A DNA stretch of 64,000 bases. Source: Neoechinorhynchus agilis. Taxonomy: Eukaryota > Animalia > Acanthocephala. The stretch spans positions 1,520,389 through 1,584,388 of the forward strand of contig CM121343.1 in assembly GCA_051530055.1 (NCBI GenBank), read 5' to 3'. Below, in pieces: positions 63,108 through 64,000 of this stretch. The position numbers were made by a program, and so were the translations under genes. Within the stretch, counting starts at the first letter, position 1. The number at the start of each line of letters is the position of its first letter. The notes below the pieces were generated by a model. It worked only from the letters and a program-made list of their open reading frames with translations. It did no database searches and was not told the origin of the DNA.

Positions 63108-63210
63108 TATTGTTTAGGTCTTCACCTGCGAAGAATTTTTTTATTACGAAGTTCGAAACGTCTTTAATAAAAGATTATTTACATGGTGAAAACTTCTAAA
63201 TAACACAATT
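63108..63210 (+). mobile_element. Degenerate HH-A remnant lacking the CUGAUGA box
   Basis: TATTGTTTAGGTC ... GTTCGAAACGTCTTTAATAAAAGATTATTTAC, retaining a GTCTTCACC/GGTGAAAAC stem. Confidence 0.5.
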
Positions 63211-64000
63211 CTAAACATAGACCCCGGTACCTCCCCACATCACGACATCTTGTAAAAATACTTTTTCTATTGTCGTATATGTTGAAAGGCAGTTTTAAAA
63301 GAAAGTTCACTTTATCGATATACATTAGCATGAAAACTATTCTTAACTTCCGTCTGAGATCAGTGAATGGCATAAAATTCAACGAATTCCGATACTTTCT
63401 AATTCTAAGTGAAATACACAAATCGCAGCTCGTTGGCAGTATTTGAATTATAGCATTCGATTCTTTAAAAAAAAGGCTACCTTCGTTGAAAGCTGGCTAT
63501 TAAATTCAACGACCTTCAATCTGATCAATGTTTGACTGTGCGATTAAATAGAATAGTCAACCAATCAAATTAATTGAGGTTCTTGTGAATATTTTTATAC
63601 TTAAAATTTGAATAAATTTGATTGTGTGAAATATTTGTTGTACTTTTTGTTCTTGCGAATCACGGCACATTATCAGATGGTAATGATCGCCGCAAATTCC
63701 TTCTAGTATTGTCGGAAATACCCGATAATGTTTTATTTTATGCATTCCTTATCTACCGGTGATTTAGAACAAGTCTAATACGCAAATAAATATTCTTGTG
63801 AGGACTGCTTAATTCGACTGATTCTTGTTATTATGATTCACATAACTTAATTCCGAATATCACTTTAAAAAAAGCAATTTTTCGTTCAAAATGAACTTTT
63901 TTATCGGCGAGACATCTTTATCGTCCATTGCCTCGAGGGTGCATCCAGCATTCTCTTTCTGAATCCTTGATTCTCCGATAAAAATAGTTGATTACACGGG

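Noticed and set aside
1-64000. tRNA, rRNA, snRNA, spliced-leader genes and telomeric repeats
   Set aside because: I found no recognisable consensus by eye; tRNAscan-SE and Infernal were not run.

Overview
This is eukaryotic, animal-type genomic DNA: AT-rich and gene-dense, with very short spliceosomal introns of about 35-52 nt. Host genes I can support are an ARID-domain protein (ARID2/RSC9-like), a compact eIF4G-like MIF4G+MA3 protein, a TCP11-family protein, a short secreted peptide precursor, a TBC1D8/9-like Rab-GAP, a duplicated 61-aa membrane microprotein, an RGS12/Loco-like protein, a Sen1/senataxin-like SF1 helicase, MOB4/phocein, a neuronal calcium sensor, an Ig-domain membrane protein and an unknown S/T/Q/N-rich gene. 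Between and inside them lie four tandem-repeat families (200, 126, 356 in two inverted arrays, and 135 bp), 5'-truncated CRE-like RLE retrotransposons, decayed LINE fragments and several unrelated fold-back (MITE-like) elements. Two observations stand out. First, a 126-bp satellite built from the TBC1D9-like 3' splice site plus exon start places about 22 stop-containing decoy acceptors ahead of the real one. Second, two families of small hairpin elements carry minimal Penelope-type hammerhead ribozyme cores, and two copies bracket the TCP11-like gene. I found no rRNA, tRNA or CRISPR array. All calls come from reading the sequence; no database searches were run.
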